A stretch of DNA of 58,102 bases from an uncultured Alphaproteobacteria bacterium (lineage in GTDB: Bacteria > Pseudomonadota > Alphaproteobacteria > Rickettsiales > UBA1997), in contig CAIZZE010000032.1 of NCBI GenBank assembly GCA_903937405.1, positions 1 to 58,102 on the forward strand, read 5' to 3'. A model generated the notes under the pieces. That model ran no database searches and was not told where the DNA came from. It saw only the letters and a program-made list of their open reading frames with translations. Shown here piece after piece: positions 19,058 through 28,950 of the stretch. The number at the start of each line of letters is the position of its first letter. The stretch's first letter is position 1. The position numbers and the translations under genes are program-made.

Positions 19058-19936
19058 ATGAAATCAACTGAAATCTTGAAAATTATATCATGCTTTCGAA
19101 TTGGTTTCTTTGCATGCATTTTTTTCGCTGTTTCTTTTGCGTCTTTTGCTCAAACTCCAATTACTACAGATTCGCGCATTCGTACTTTGGTTTATAATCC
19201 AAACGAAGTTTACGAGTTAAAATTTTATTATAATTATCAGTCATTTATTGAATTTGCCGAAGATGAAGAGATAGAAATGATTTCAATTGGAGAAGCTTTC
19301 GCCTGGCGTTTAACTCCGGCCGGAAAAAGATTATTCGTTCGCCCGCTAGAAATTGCGGCTCATACCAACATGACAATCATAACTAATAAACGTACTTATC
19401 ATTTTGATATTAGATCTGATGAATTTAATGGTAAGGCTGATGAAGATTTAGTTTACACTGTGAGATTTTTCTATCCTCGAGTTGGACAACCTTTGCCAAT
19501 TCCACCGCAATTAGTGGTTCCAAATTTGGCAATGAAAGCTCCGCAAATGCCTCAACAGCCTTCTGTGCCAAAAGGAGGAATAGTTAAAACTCCAACTCCT
19601 GGTGCTAATGTTACAGAGCCAATTCCGGGAATTATTCAGCGTAATCCAGAAAATAATGAATTAAATTTTGATTATAGTGTTGCAGGTAAATCTGACAATA
19701 TCGTGCCTCTTAAAGTTTACGATAATAGTTCTGAAACCTATTTCCAATTTGCCAATGATAATCTGGTAATTCCATCAATTAACATGGTTGATGTGAATGG
19801 TGGCGAACAGCCTTTAACTTATACAATTCGTGATAATTATGTTGTAATTCCTGCCATCAATCGCCAATTCACTTTGCGTTTGGCTGATAGTTTACTTTGT
19901 ATTTACAATAATAAATTGCTGACGATTCGCAGATAG
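19058..19936 (+). CDS. virB9: Type IV secretion system protein VirB9
   Basis: Signal peptide, DSRIRTLVYNPNEV, TNMTIITNKRTYHF, PLKVYDN..TYFQF. Confidence 0.92.
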   Translation: MKSTEILKIISCFRIGFFACIFFAVSFASFAQTPITTDSRIRTLVYNPNEVYELKFYYNYQSFIEFAEDEEIEMISIGEAFAWRLTPAGKRLFVRPLEIAAHTNMTIITNKRTYHFDIRSDEFNGKADEDLVYTVRFFYPRVGQPLPIPPQLVVPNLAMKAPQMPQQPSVPKGGIVKTPTPGANVTEPIPGIIQRNPENNELNFDYSVAGKSDNIVPLKVYDNSSETYFQFANDNLVIPSINMVDVNGGEQPLTYTIRDNYVVIPAINRQFTLRLADSLLCIYNNKLLTIRR

Positions 19937-19946
19937 CTAACAGTGT

Positions 19947-20561
19947 CTACATCGATAAAATCAATTTATCGCGATAGAATTCATATTTTTTAAAGCGTCT
20001 TAAAAAACTCATCCCCAAAAGTGAGGTTCCCATTTCAGCGCTATTTACGGAAGCTGGAACATCGTAAAAAACCATATTTCCAACTTTTATAGTTTTTAAA
20101 ACAACTGATGCTCCCCAAGAAATGCCATTGGCCGTTTGGTAAGATTTATTGAAGTTTAATTTTTCGGGCTTAATTCCGATTCTGCGGGCCTCGGCAGTGC
20201 TTATTACAATGTCACTCGCGCCGGTATCAATCATAAAACGCATTGGAGACTCATTAATCTCCACATCCATATAAAAATGGCCGTCTTGCGCGAGATTTAT
20301 TATCATTTCTCCCGAGGCATTAACTTGAATGCTCGAAGGTTTAATCTCGCCCATGACGCGATTTTTAAAATCGGAAAATTCAAATCGGTAAGCATAAAGC
20401 GAAATTGCAAAAATCCCGAGGGCAGACCAAATTGCTAAATATTTAAAAACTTTTCCAAAAGGCATGCGGCGTGAAATTAATCCGCTAACCATTGTTACTA
20501 AAATTAAAGTTAGATAAACAAAGTTTTGCCAATCGCTTTCGTTTAAACTGTTCAAATCCAT
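19947..20561 (-). CDS. Clan AA membrane retropepsin-like aspartic protease (TIGR02281/APRc-like)
   Basis: N-terminal TMs, DGHF, FMIDTGAS, SLLGMSFL. Confidence 0.9.
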   Translation of the reverse strand: MDLNSLNESDWQNFVYLTLILVTMVSGLISRRMPFGKVFKYLAIWSALGIFAISLYAYRFEFSDFKNRVMGEIKPSSIQVNASGEMIINLAQDGHFYMDVEINESPMRFMIDTGASDIVISTAEARRIGIKPEKLNFNKSYQTANGISWGASVVLKTIKVGNMVFYDVPASVNSAEMGTSLLGMSFLRRFKKYEFYRDKLILSM

Positions 20562-20564
20562 TAA

Positions 20565-21644
20565 TTACAAATCCTTCAAAATTTTCAAAACTTGTAAATT
20601 TTCTTCTTCAGTTCCAATCGTCATGCGTAAACAATTTTCTAAGCCATAAGATGTCATTTCGCGCAGAATTATGCCATTTTCTAAAAGTTTTTGATTGGCT
20701 TTTTTAGCATTTTCAAAACTTCCAAAATCAAGTAAAATAAAGTTGGCAATTGAAGGATGAGCCTTGATATTTTTAATTTCAGCAAATTCTTTAAATAAAA
20801 TTTCAAGCCATTTTTTATTGTGATTCTTCGAAGCTTTAAAAAATTCTTCATCTTGCAAAGCTGCAACTGCAGAAAATTGTGCCGGTCCACCAACATTAAA
20901 TGGCCCACGAACTTTATTCAAAATATCGGCAACATAACTTGAAGAATATGACCATCCGATTCGTAAACTAGCCAATCCATAGATTTTTGAAAATGTTCTG
21001 GTTAATACAACATTTTGGTTTTTATTAACTAATTCTATAGCATTTGGATAATCAGAAACTTCTGCAAATTCTTCGTAAGCATGATCCAAAACAATCAAAA
21101 CATTTTCTGGCGTGCCATTAATTAATTTTTCAATTTCATCCTTATTCAAATAAGAGCCGGTTGGATTATTTGGATTGGCGATAAAAATAATTTTAGTTTT
21201 AGGAGTAATGGCCTTTAAAACAGCGTCAATATCAGTTTTTAGATTTTTTTCTTTAACTGAAATTGCTTTTGCCCCAACGCGTTTGGCAGAAATTGGATAC
21301 ATTAAAAATCCATGTTCACTATAAATTATTTCATCATCAATTCCGGCAAAAGCGGAAGTTAAAAAAGCTAAAATTTCATCAGAACCAGCGCCACAAACAA
21401 TTCTTTCAGCATCAATTCCATTGCTTTCGGCAATCGCGTGGCGCAGATTTGAACAAGATCCGTCGGCATAACGAACAACTTCTGCCACATGTTTTTCATA
21501 GGCCTCAATTGCTTTTGGGCTTGAACCTAAAGCATTTTCATTGGAAGAAAGTTTGATAATTTTTTGAGTATTATTGCTAATTTTAGCTTTACCTGGTTTG
21601 TAAGTCTCGATTTCCAGAAGATAAGGATGTGCGGTTAATTTCAT
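20565..21644 (-). CDS. hisC: Histidinol-phosphate aminotransferase
   Basis: KLSSNEN, ANPNNPTG, RTFSKIYGLASLRIG. Confidence 0.93.
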   Translation of the reverse strand: MKLTAHPYLLEIETYKPGKAKISNNTQKIIKLSSNENALGSSPKAIEAYEKHVAEVVRYADGSCSNLRHAIAESNGIDAERIVCGAGSDEILAFLTSAFAGIDDEIIYSEHGFLMYPISAKRVGAKAISVKEKNLKTDIDAVLKAITPKTKIIFIANPNNPTGSYLNKDEIEKLINGTPENVLIVLDHAYEEFAEVSDYPNAIELVNKNQNVVLTRTFSKIYGLASLRIGWSYSSSYVADILNKVRGPFNVGGPAQFSAVAALQDEEFFKASKNHNKKWLEILFKEFAEIKNIKAHPSIANFILLDFGSFENAKKANQKLLENGIILREMTSYGLENCLRMTIGTEEENLQVLKILKDL

Positions 21645-21674
21645 GTTATTATTTTGTTAAATTTTTAAATAAAA

Positions 21675-21690
21675 AGTTTCACATGAAACT
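21675..21690. promoter_or_regulatory. parS-like site overlapping the parB stop codon
   Basis: AGTTTCACATGAAACT versus consensus TGTTTCACGTGAAACA. Confidence 0.7.
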
Positions 21691-22600
21691 ATTTTTCTAA
21701 TTTCTCTATTAAATTTTGAATTTTCTCAAACTCACTAAATTTTATAGAAATTTTTCCATTATTTTTAAAAGAGTTATAAGAAATTTTTGTTTCCATTCCT
21801 AGTAACTCAGAAAATTTATTTTCCAAAGCAGTTAAATGTTCACTATTTATAAATCTAATTTTCGATTCTGTTCTAACTAAAACCGGAACATTTTTAATTT
21901 TCTCGATTTTTTCATCACGCACTAAATCTTCTACATGACGTACAGTCAAAGCTTCGTCTATAACTTTTTTTGCCAGCTTTTCTGGATTATTGGAATTAAT
22001 AATCGCGCGCGCATGACCCATTGAAATCAATTTCTTATCCAACAAATCGCGCACAGTTTGAGGCAAACTTAATAAGCGTAAAAGATTGGCGATATGACTA
22101 CGGCTTTTACCAACTCTTTTAGCAATCTGTTCTTGTCCATAAGCAAATTCTTCAATTAATTGTTGATAACCAGCGGCTTCTTCGATTAAAGATAAATCCG
22201 ATCTTTGAATATTTTCAATAATCGCCATTTCCAAAGCTTCGTGATTGTTAATTTTTTTAACAATCGCAGCAATTGAAGTGGCACCTGCTAAAATTGAGGC
22301 GCGATATCGGCGTTCACCGGCAATGATTTCATAATGATCTTCATCACCAATTTTGCGTAAAATAATTGGTTGAATCAGACCATTTTCTTTAATTGAATTG
22401 GCTAATTCTTCTAGCTCAACCATATCAAAATTTTTTCTTGGCTGATAAATGCCGGGAGTAATTTTTCCAATTTCAATTAATTCGACTGATTTTGAATTTT
22501 TGCTAGGAACAATAAAAGTTTCATTTTTAGATTTACTTTCCCCAAGTAATGCTGACAAGCCGCGGCCTAATTTTCTTTCTTGCTGAATTGATTCTTGCAT
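21689..22600 (-). CDS. parB: Chromosome partition protein ParB
   Basis: LGRGLSALL, QPRK, IIAGERRYRA, ENIQR, HTH. Start at MQES after AGGAG. Confidence 0.96.
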   Translation of the reverse strand: MQESIQQERKLGRGLSALLGESKSKNETFIVPSKNSKSVELIEIGKITPGIYQPRKNFDMVELEELANSIKENGLIQPIILRKIGDEDHYEIIAGERRYRASILAGATSIAAIVKKINNHEALEMAIIENIQRSDLSLIEEAAGYQQLIEEFAYGQEQIAKRVGKSRSHIANLLRLLSLPQTVRDLLDKKLISMGHARAIINSNNPEKLAKKVIDEALTVRHVEDLVRDEKIEKIKNVPVLVRTESKIRFINSEHLTALENKFSELLGMETKISYNSFKNNGKISIKFSEFEKIQNLIEKLEK

Positions 22601-22611
22601 ATTGCTCCTGA

Positions 22612-23397
22612 TTAGTGTTTTTCTTTGTTTAAAATTTCTTTTGCTAACTTGATATAAGCTGAAGATCCTGGACATTTTGGATCGTAAATAATTCCGGGAA
22701 GACCATGCGAAGGCGCTTCGGATAATTTAACATTTCTTGGAATACTATGTTTAAAAACCTTTTCTTTTAGAAAGCTGCGCACATCGATTTCAACTTGTTC
22801 GGTAAGTTTATTTCTGCGGTCATGCATGGTTAAAATAATACCGCCGATTGTTAATTCGTGATTTAAATTTTCTTTTACCAAATCAAGGCTGGTTAATAAA
22901 TGACTCAAACCTTCAAGTGAAAAAAATTCACATTGCATTGGAATCAAAATTGAGTCGGAAGCTGTCAAGGCATTGACGGTAAGCATTCCAAGCGATGGTG
23001 GACAATCGATTAGAATATAATCAAAATCATGAATAACTTCTTTTAATGCCCGACGTAATAAAAATTCTCTTTTTTCTAAATTGATTAATTCAATTTCACA
23101 GGCTGATAAATCAACGGTTGAAGTTATTATTTTAAGATTGGGAATTCTGGTCGGAATTATCGCTTCTTTAATTGAGCATTCGCCAATCAGGATTTCGTAA
23201 ACTGTTTTTTGTCTTTGTGCTTGAACAATCCCAAATCCGGTGCTGGCATTTCCTTGAGGATCGGAATCAACTAGTAAAACTCTTTTTTTAATTGCAGCAA
23301 AAGCAGTAGCGAGGTTTACAGCTGTAGTTGTTTTGCCGACTCCGCCTTTTTGATTTACGATAGAAAAAACCTTCGCGCGTTTGTGATGATGTGACAT
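22612..23397 (-). CDS. parA: Chromosome partition ATPase ParA
   Basis: NQKGGVGKTTT, DPQGNA, IDCPPSLG. Confidence 0.97.
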   Translation of the reverse strand: MSHHHKRAKVFSIVNQKGGVGKTTTAVNLATAFAAIKKRVLLVDSDPQGNASTGFGIVQAQRQKTVYEILIGECSIKEAIIPTRIPNLKIITSTVDLSACEIELINLEKREFLLRRALKEVIHDFDYILIDCPPSLGMLTVNALTASDSILIPMQCEFFSLEGLSHLLTSLDLVKENLNHELTIGGIILTMHDRRNKLTEQVEIDVRSFLKEKVFKHSIPRNVKLSEAPSHGLPGIIYDPKCPGSSAYIKLAKEILNKEKH

Positions 23398-23466
23398 TAT
23401 TTTAGAAGTTTTTTAAGAAAAAATTAGATGTAGTGCAAGGTAAAAATGATTTTATTCCTGTCAATT

Positions 23467-23482
23467 TGTTTCATGTGAAACA
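23467..23482. promoter_or_regulatory. parS site upstream of parA
   Basis: TGTTTCATGTGAAACA, 15/16 to consensus. Confidence 0.85.
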
Positions 23483-23522
23483 GCTATAATTTATAATTCT
23501 GATTTAAAAATCGTTGGGAATT

Positions 23523-23966
23523 TTAGCGTTTATTGCGGAAAAAACTTTGCATCAATTCCTTTGATTCTTCTTCAGAAATTCCGGAATAAATTTCTGGTTT
23601 ATGGTGACAAGATGTGGAAGAGAAAATTCGGGCTCCATTTTCAACAGCGCCAAATTTTATATCGGAAGCGGCGTAATAAACTCGCCTAATTCTGGCTAAG
23701 GCAATTGCAGAAGCGCACATGGCGCAAGGTTCCAAAGTTACATATAAATCACAGCCATCAAGCCGCGCGGAATCTTTTATTTTAGCGGCTTCGCGCATTA
23801 CTAAAATTTCGGCATGAGCGGTGGGATCTTTTAAAATTAAATTTTGATTGTGACTTGTTGCAATGATTTTTCCATTTTCAACAATTACAGCGCCAACGGG
23901 AACTTCATCTTTTTCAAAAGCAATTTTTGCCTGTTTTAAAGCTTCTTGCATGAAATTATTTTTCAT
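23523..23966 (-). CDS. tadA: tRNA adenosine deaminase
   Basis: EVPVGAV, DPTAHAE, TLEPCAMC. Confidence 0.92.
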   Translation of the reverse strand: MKNNFMQEALKQAKIAFEKDEVPVGAVIVENGKIIATSHNQNLILKDPTAHAEILVMREAAKIKDSARLDGCDLYVTLEPCAMCASAIALARIRRVYYAASDIKFGAVENGARIFSSTSCHHKPEIYSGISEEESKELMQSFFRNKR

Positions 23967-24757
23967 AATTTTTTTGCTTTCTTAAAAATCGTGAAAAAAT
24001 TCTCAGTGGTTTGATTTGTAACTTCTTCAATGCTTAAACCTTTTAATTCGGCAATAAACTCTACAACATGTTTTGTAAAAGCAGGCTGGTTGCTTTTTCC
24101 GCGATGCGGCATTGGTGCTAAATAAGGCGAATCTGTTTCAACTAATAAAGAAGTTAAAGGTAAAGATTTTACAATTTCTTGCAATTGCGCGGCATTTTTA
24201 AAAGTAACTATTCCTGAAATTGAAATATAAATTCCTAATTCCAACGCTTTCTCAGCCAATTCTTTGGTGCTAGAAAAACAATGTAAAACGGCCGGAAATC
24301 TCCCTTTTTTTTGCTCATTTTCCAAAATTTCCATCATATCCAAATCAGCATCACGACTATGAATTATTAATGGCAATTGGGTTTTTCTAGCAGCGTCAAT
24401 ATGCGCTAAAAAGCTGATTTTTTGCAAATCAATCGCCGATCTATCATGAAAATAATCTAAACCAGTTTCACCGATTCCAATAATTTTTGGATTCTCGTCG
24501 CAGATTTTTATAATTTCTTCCGCTGCATATTTTGGTTGTTCTAAAACATTGCAAGGGTGAACGCCAGCTGAAGCGTAAATAAAATCATACAGTTTGGTAT
24601 AGCTTAAAATTTTCTCAATTTCAGTAATTCTGGTACAAATTGTTTGCAAAAGTTTTACATTATTCTGCAAAGAATTTTCGATTATCTCTTCAATTTTTGC
24701 GCCCTGTTTTTCAATCAAATCAAGGTGGCAATGAGTATCAACAATATAATTATTCAT
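23963..24757 (-). CDS. tatD: TatD family hydrolase
   Basis: DTHCHL, GETGLD, IHSR, LHCF, ETDSPYLAP. Confidence 0.93.
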   Translation of the reverse strand: MNNYIVDTHCHLDLIEKQGAKIEEIIENSLQNNVKLLQTICTRITEIEKILSYTKLYDFIYASAGVHPCNVLEQPKYAAEEIIKICDENPKIIGIGETGLDYFHDRSAIDLQKISFLAHIDAARKTQLPLIIHSRDADLDMMEILENEQKKGRFPAVLHCFSSTKELAEKALELGIYISISGIVTFKNAAQLQEIVKSLPLTSLLVETDSPYLAPMPHRGKSNQPAFTKHVVEFIAELKGLSIEEVTNQTTENFFTIFKKAKKL

Positions 24758-25259
24758 TTGAATTTTTTCTTATTTCGCTTGAAGAAATGTCTAAATTTTT
24801 GGTGTAAAAAATTTTATATTTTGTGGAAGAAATAAATTTCCAAGATTGAGTTTTTTTAATTTTAGTTAAAAATTTTTCTCGCGCAAAAATTATTAAAGGA
24901 ATTTGCAAAATCAGTTTTTTAAAATTTTCCCATTGATGAAATTTTTCTAAATTGTCGGCACCCATTAACCAGAAAAATTCTATATTTTTATAACGGGTTT
25001 GCAGCCTTGAAATTAAACGTTGTGTATAAATTTCATCAAATTGTTTTATGTGAATTTTTGATTGTGATTTTGCTAAAATTTCGCATTTCAAAACACGATT
25101 TTTATAACTTTCATAAATCGATTTTTCTTTGAATGGATTTTGCGCAGTTGGAATCCACCAAACTTGATTTAATCCAAGTTTTTTTATCGCAAGCTGACTA
25201 ATATGAATATGACCTAGATGCGGAGGATTAAAGCTTCCGCCCAGCAATCCAATTTTCAT
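24750..25259 (-). CDS. nadD: Nicotinate-nucleotide adenylyltransferase
   Basis: GGSFNPPHLGH, LMGADNL, ISSSEIR. Start at 25259 in a TAATG overlap with ubiA. Confidence 0.92.
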   Translation of the reverse strand: MKIGLLGGSFNPPHLGHIHISQLAIKKLGLNQVWWIPTAQNPFKEKSIYESYKNRVLKCEILAKSQSKIHIKQFDEIYTQRLISRLQTRYKNIEFFWLMGADNLEKFHQWENFKKLILQIPLIIFAREKFLTKIKKTQSWKFISSTKYKIFYTKNLDISSSEIRKNSNE

Positions 25260-26116
25260 TATCCTAAGAAAATTGCCGTTAAAATCAAAAATCCAACCCA
25301 AGTATTTTGTTTAAAAACTGTGAGACAATTTTTGGGATTTGCAAAATCACAATTTCTGATTTTCTGGTTCAAAAATATATCAGCAACTAAAACTAAAATA
25401 TAAAATTCGCTGCGAAAATCGCTTTGCCAACCCAATCCTACCAAGGTTAAAAACATTAATAAGTTTAATGAAAGTAGGATTTTTTTTGGGTTATTTTTAA
25501 ATTTTATCGCGGTTGATTTTACGCCAATTTTTAAATCATTTTCAATGTCTTGATAAGCGTAAATTGTGTCATAAATCACAGTCCAAATAATGCTGGCAAA
25601 ATAAAGTGTTAAAGTACTAAGGCCGATTTCTTCAGTAATGGCAAGGCCGCTCATCAAAATTCCGAAATTAAAAGTAAGTCCCAAAAATATTTGCGGATAA
25701 TAAGTGATGCGTTTCATCAAAGGATAAGTTGCAAGTAAAGCCAAAGCTACAAAACCGCTCAAGATGGTTTTGGTGTTAAATTGCACTAAAATCAAAAGTC
25801 CTAAAAACAACAATGCACCAAGTAAAATCATGGCTTCAAGCCGAGAAACTTTTCCTGAAGCAAGTGGGCGGTTTTTGGTGCGATCAACATTCTTATCAAA
25901 TTTTTGATCGAGTAAATCATTCACAATGCATCCTGCAGAGCGCATTACGATTGAGCCGATAAAAAATAAAGCAACTACGCGCAGAGTTTCAAAAAAATCA
26001 GGATTGGGTACATTTTTTAAGGCTAGAAAAATTCCAAAAAGGCAGGGCAAAAAAAGTAGCCAGATTCCGGTTGGCTGATGTAAGCGTATAAGTTTTGCGT
26101 AATTAGCTAGGGCCAT
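25259..26116 (-). CDS. ubiA: 4-hydroxybenzoate polyprenyltransferase
   Basis: NDLLDQKFD..RTKNRPLASG, YDTIYAYQD. Confidence 0.95.
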   Translation of the reverse strand: MALANYAKLIRLHQPTGIWLLFLPCLFGIFLALKNVPNPDFFETLRVVALFFIGSIVMRSAGCIVNDLLDQKFDKNVDRTKNRPLASGKVSRLEAMILLGALLFLGLLILVQFNTKTILSGFVALALLATYPLMKRITYYPQIFLGLTFNFGILMSGLAITEEIGLSTLTLYFASIIWTVIYDTIYAYQDIENDLKIGVKSTAIKFKNNPKKILLSLNLLMFLTLVGLGWQSDFRSEFYILVLVADIFLNQKIRNCDFANPKNCLTVFKQNTWVGFLILTAIFLG

Positions 26117-26217
26117 AATATTTTTAGTAAAATTAAATTTGATTTTTTGATCTTCATTCATAGCATCCGCGCGCCTTTCAAATAGGTAAGTTAAATCTCT
26201 CAAATATCAAATCAATC

Positions 26218-28212
26218 ATGCATAAATTACTGATTGCCAATCGTGGCGAAATTGCTTGTCGCATTATCAAAACTTGCCGCAAAATGGGCATTAAAACTGT
26301 CGCGGTTTATTCTGATGCAGATACTAATTCTCTATTCGTGCAAATGGCTGACGAGGCTGTAAATATTGGTCACTCGCCATCTTCGCAAAGTTATTTAAAT
26401 ATTGATAAAATTCTTGCTGCTGTGAAAAAAACCGGCGCAACTATGGTTCATCCTGGTTACGGATTTTTATCAGAAAATCGTAATTTTGCCAATGCTTTGG
26501 AAAAGGCGGGAGTAATTTTTGTCGGCCCTTCGGTTTATTCAATCGAGATGATGGGTGATAAAATTCAATCTAAAAAATTAGCGATTGAAGCCGGTGTTAG
26601 CACGGTTCCGGGCCATATGGGTGTTGTCAAAGATGATATTGAAGCGGCAGAAATTGCCCAAAAAATTGGTTATCCGGTGATGGTTAAAGCCTCTGCTGGC
26701 GGCGGTGGAAAAGGGATGAGAATTGTATGGAAAAAAGAAGAAATGTCAGATGCTTTTTTCTCAGCTTCAAATGAAGCCCGTAATAGCTTTTCGGATGATC
26801 GTATTTTTATTGAAAAATTTATTGAAAATCCACGCCATATCGAAATTCAAGTTATTGCCGATAAACACGGAAACACGGTTTGTTTGGGCGAAAGAGAATG
26901 TTCAATTCAGCGCAACAACCAAAAAGTGATTGAAGAAGCGCCAAGTCCGTTTTTGGATGAAACTAGCCGCCTTAAAATGTATGAGCAATCGAAAGCTTTG
27001 GCCAAAAAAGTTCAGTATTTTTCTGCCGGAACTATTGAATATATCATGGATAAAAATCGCAATTTTTATTTCCTTGAGATGAACACTCGTCTGCAAGTAG
27101 AGCATCCCGTAACCGAGCTTGTTACTGGTTTTGATATTGTGGAATTAATGATCAAAATCGCACTGGGTGAATCGCTTTATTTCAAGCAAGAAGATGTGAA
27201 ATTAAATGGCTGGGCAATGGAATCACGTATCTACGCTGAAGATCCATCGCGTGGATTTTTACCTTCATCGGGTCGCATAAACCTTTACATCGAACCAGAA
27301 AAAAACGCCAATGTGCGCGTTGATTCTGGTGTTTACGAAGGCGGCGAAGTAAGTATGTTTTATGATGCGATGATTGCCAAACTTTGCTCTTACGGTAAAG
27401 ATCGTCATGAAGCAATTGAGCATATGCGTCACGCTTTGGGAAGTTTTGCAATTGGTGGCGTTTCGCACAATATCAGCTTCCTTGAAACTATCATGAAAAA
27501 TGAGCGTTTTGTAAGTGGCGATATTTCAACCAGCTTCATTAAAGAAGAATTTCCGGCTGGCTTTTCAGGAAGTGAGTTAGATTCGCGCGCTGAAGAAGTT
27601 CTAATCGCCAGCGCCATGCATATTTTCTTAAAAAATTATGAAAGAAATGGTCACATGACCGGTCAATTGCGCAACCGCGAAAAACAAATTTCTGAGCGTT
27701 GGGTGGTGATGATTGATGAAAAATCTTATTTGGTGAATTTACTTGAAAGATCCGAGGATCGTTTAAAGCTTGAATGCGATCATAAAGAAATCGAATTGGT
27801 AAGCTCTTGGAATAATGGTGAAAAGCTTTTTCGTGCCGTGGTTAATGACAGAAGCGTTGGTGTTAAAATTCGCGAGAATAACAATACCGGCAGCTATTTA
27901 ATGCAATATTCGGGATTTGATGCTTTCGTGAATGTTTATTCACCACGTATCGCTGAACTTTCTAAGTTCATGCCGAAAATTCAGAAAAATGCTAAACCAG
28001 TTAATTTAACCTCGCCAATCACCGGAAAAATCGTGCGCTTTAAAGTGAAGGAAGGCGATGAAGTGAAAGCCGGACAAGAATTAGTTTTAATTGAAGCCAT
28101 GAAAATGGAAAATTCAATTCGCACCGATCACGATGTAAAAATTGGCAAGATCAAATTTAGCGAAGGTGAGGCTGTAGGAATTGGACAAGTTGTGATGGAA
28201 TTCATTATTTAA
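26218..28212 (+). CDS. pccA: Propionyl-CoA carboxylase alpha subunit
   Basis: LIANRGEIA, HPGYGFLSEN, EMNTRLQVEH, EAMKM biotin site. Confidence 0.9.
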   Translation: MHKLLIANRGEIACRIIKTCRKMGIKTVAVYSDADTNSLFVQMADEAVNIGHSPSSQSYLNIDKILAAVKKTGATMVHPGYGFLSENRNFANALEKAGVIFVGPSVYSIEMMGDKIQSKKLAIEAGVSTVPGHMGVVKDDIEAAEIAQKIGYPVMVKASAGGGGKGMRIVWKKEEMSDAFFSASNEARNSFSDDRIFIEKFIENPRHIEIQVIADKHGNTVCLGERECSIQRNNQKVIEEAPSPFLDETSRLKMYEQSKALAKKVQYFSAGTIEYIMDKNRNFYFLEMNTRLQVEHPVTELVTGFDIVELMIKIALGESLYFKQEDVKLNGWAMESRIYAEDPSRGFLPSSGRINLYIEPEKNANVRVDSGVYEGGEVSMFYDAMIAKLCSYGKDRHEAIEHMRHALGSFAIGGVSHNISFLETIMKNERFVSGDISTSFIKEEFPAGFSGSELDSRAEEVLIASAMHIFLKNYERNGHMTGQLRNREKQISERWVVMIDEKSYLVNLLERSEDRLKLECDHKEIELVSSWNNGEKLFRAVVNDRSVGVKIRENNNTGSYLMQYSGFDAFVNVYSPRIAELSKFMPKIQKNAKPVNLTSPITGKIVRFKVKEGDEVKAGQELVLIEAMKMENSIRTDHDVKIGKIKFSEGEAVGIGQVVMEFII

Positions 28213-28222
28213 AAATCTCAAT

Positions 28223-28252
28223 AGTCACTCTTGAGATTTTTCAGGGGTGACT
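28223..28252. terminator. Degenerate GTCAC-type hairpin between convergent pccA and ccmB
   Basis: AGTCACTCTTGA...TCAGGGGTGACT. Confidence 0.55.
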
Positions 28253-28253
28253 T

Positions 28254-28919
28254 TTATTCCGCTGCAATTTTGACAATCTTAGAAGTCGCAAAAACCGTAA
28301 TACATCCAATAAAAATACAAAAACCGCCCAGAATTTTAAAATGAATTTTAAAATCTTCCTGCTGTCCTTCAATCAATCCGCTGTAAGCCAAAAGAATTAC
28401 TGGAATAATTAATGGCAAAGCAATCACCGCAATCATTGGCGCTGAATTTCCTAGAGTTGAAAGACTTCCGCAAAAAGTAGAAATAAAATTAATTGCCAGA
28501 CTCGCTAAAAAAACCAATAAAAAAAGTTTTACTGTTAAATCATGGTTAAGGCCAATAACAGCACCAAGTGGGAAGATTGAAATCAAAATCGGCAAACAAC
28601 AAACCAGCCAATTTCCCAGCATTTTGGCTAAAATAAAAATCTCAAAATTATCAACCGAAGTTAAGATTTGTTCAATTGTTCCATCATCAAAATCTTTTTT
28701 TAAAAATTCAGCAGCGGAAAAAATTAAACAAGAAAGAAGAGAAAACCAGATTATTGTGATCGAATAAAAAGTTGTAGAGCCTTGATTTTCTTGGTTTTGT
28801 GAGATTATGGTGAAAATTGCAACAGAGATTAGGAAAAACAAAAAATTAGATAAAATTTTTCCGATGTGACGAAATGCTATCTGAAGTTCGTGGATGAAAA
28901 TTATGAAGAAGGTCGCCAT
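28254..28919 (-). CDS. ccmB: Heme exporter permease CcmB
   Basis: DFDDGTIEQ, LPLIIPVI, multiple TMs. Confidence 0.88.
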   Translation of the reverse strand: MATFFIIFIHELQIAFRHIGKILSNFLFFLISVAIFTIISQNQENQGSTTFYSITIIWFSLLSCLIFSAAEFLKKDFDDGTIEQILTSVDNFEIFILAKMLGNWLVCCLPILISIFPLGAVIGLNHDLTVKLFLLVFLASLAINFISTFCGSLSTLGNSAPMIAVIALPLIIPVILLAYSGLIEGQQEDFKIHFKILGGFCIFIGCITVFATSKIVKIAAE

Positions 28920-28950
28920 ATTTTAGAAAAGTTTGATTTACGCGACAGAA

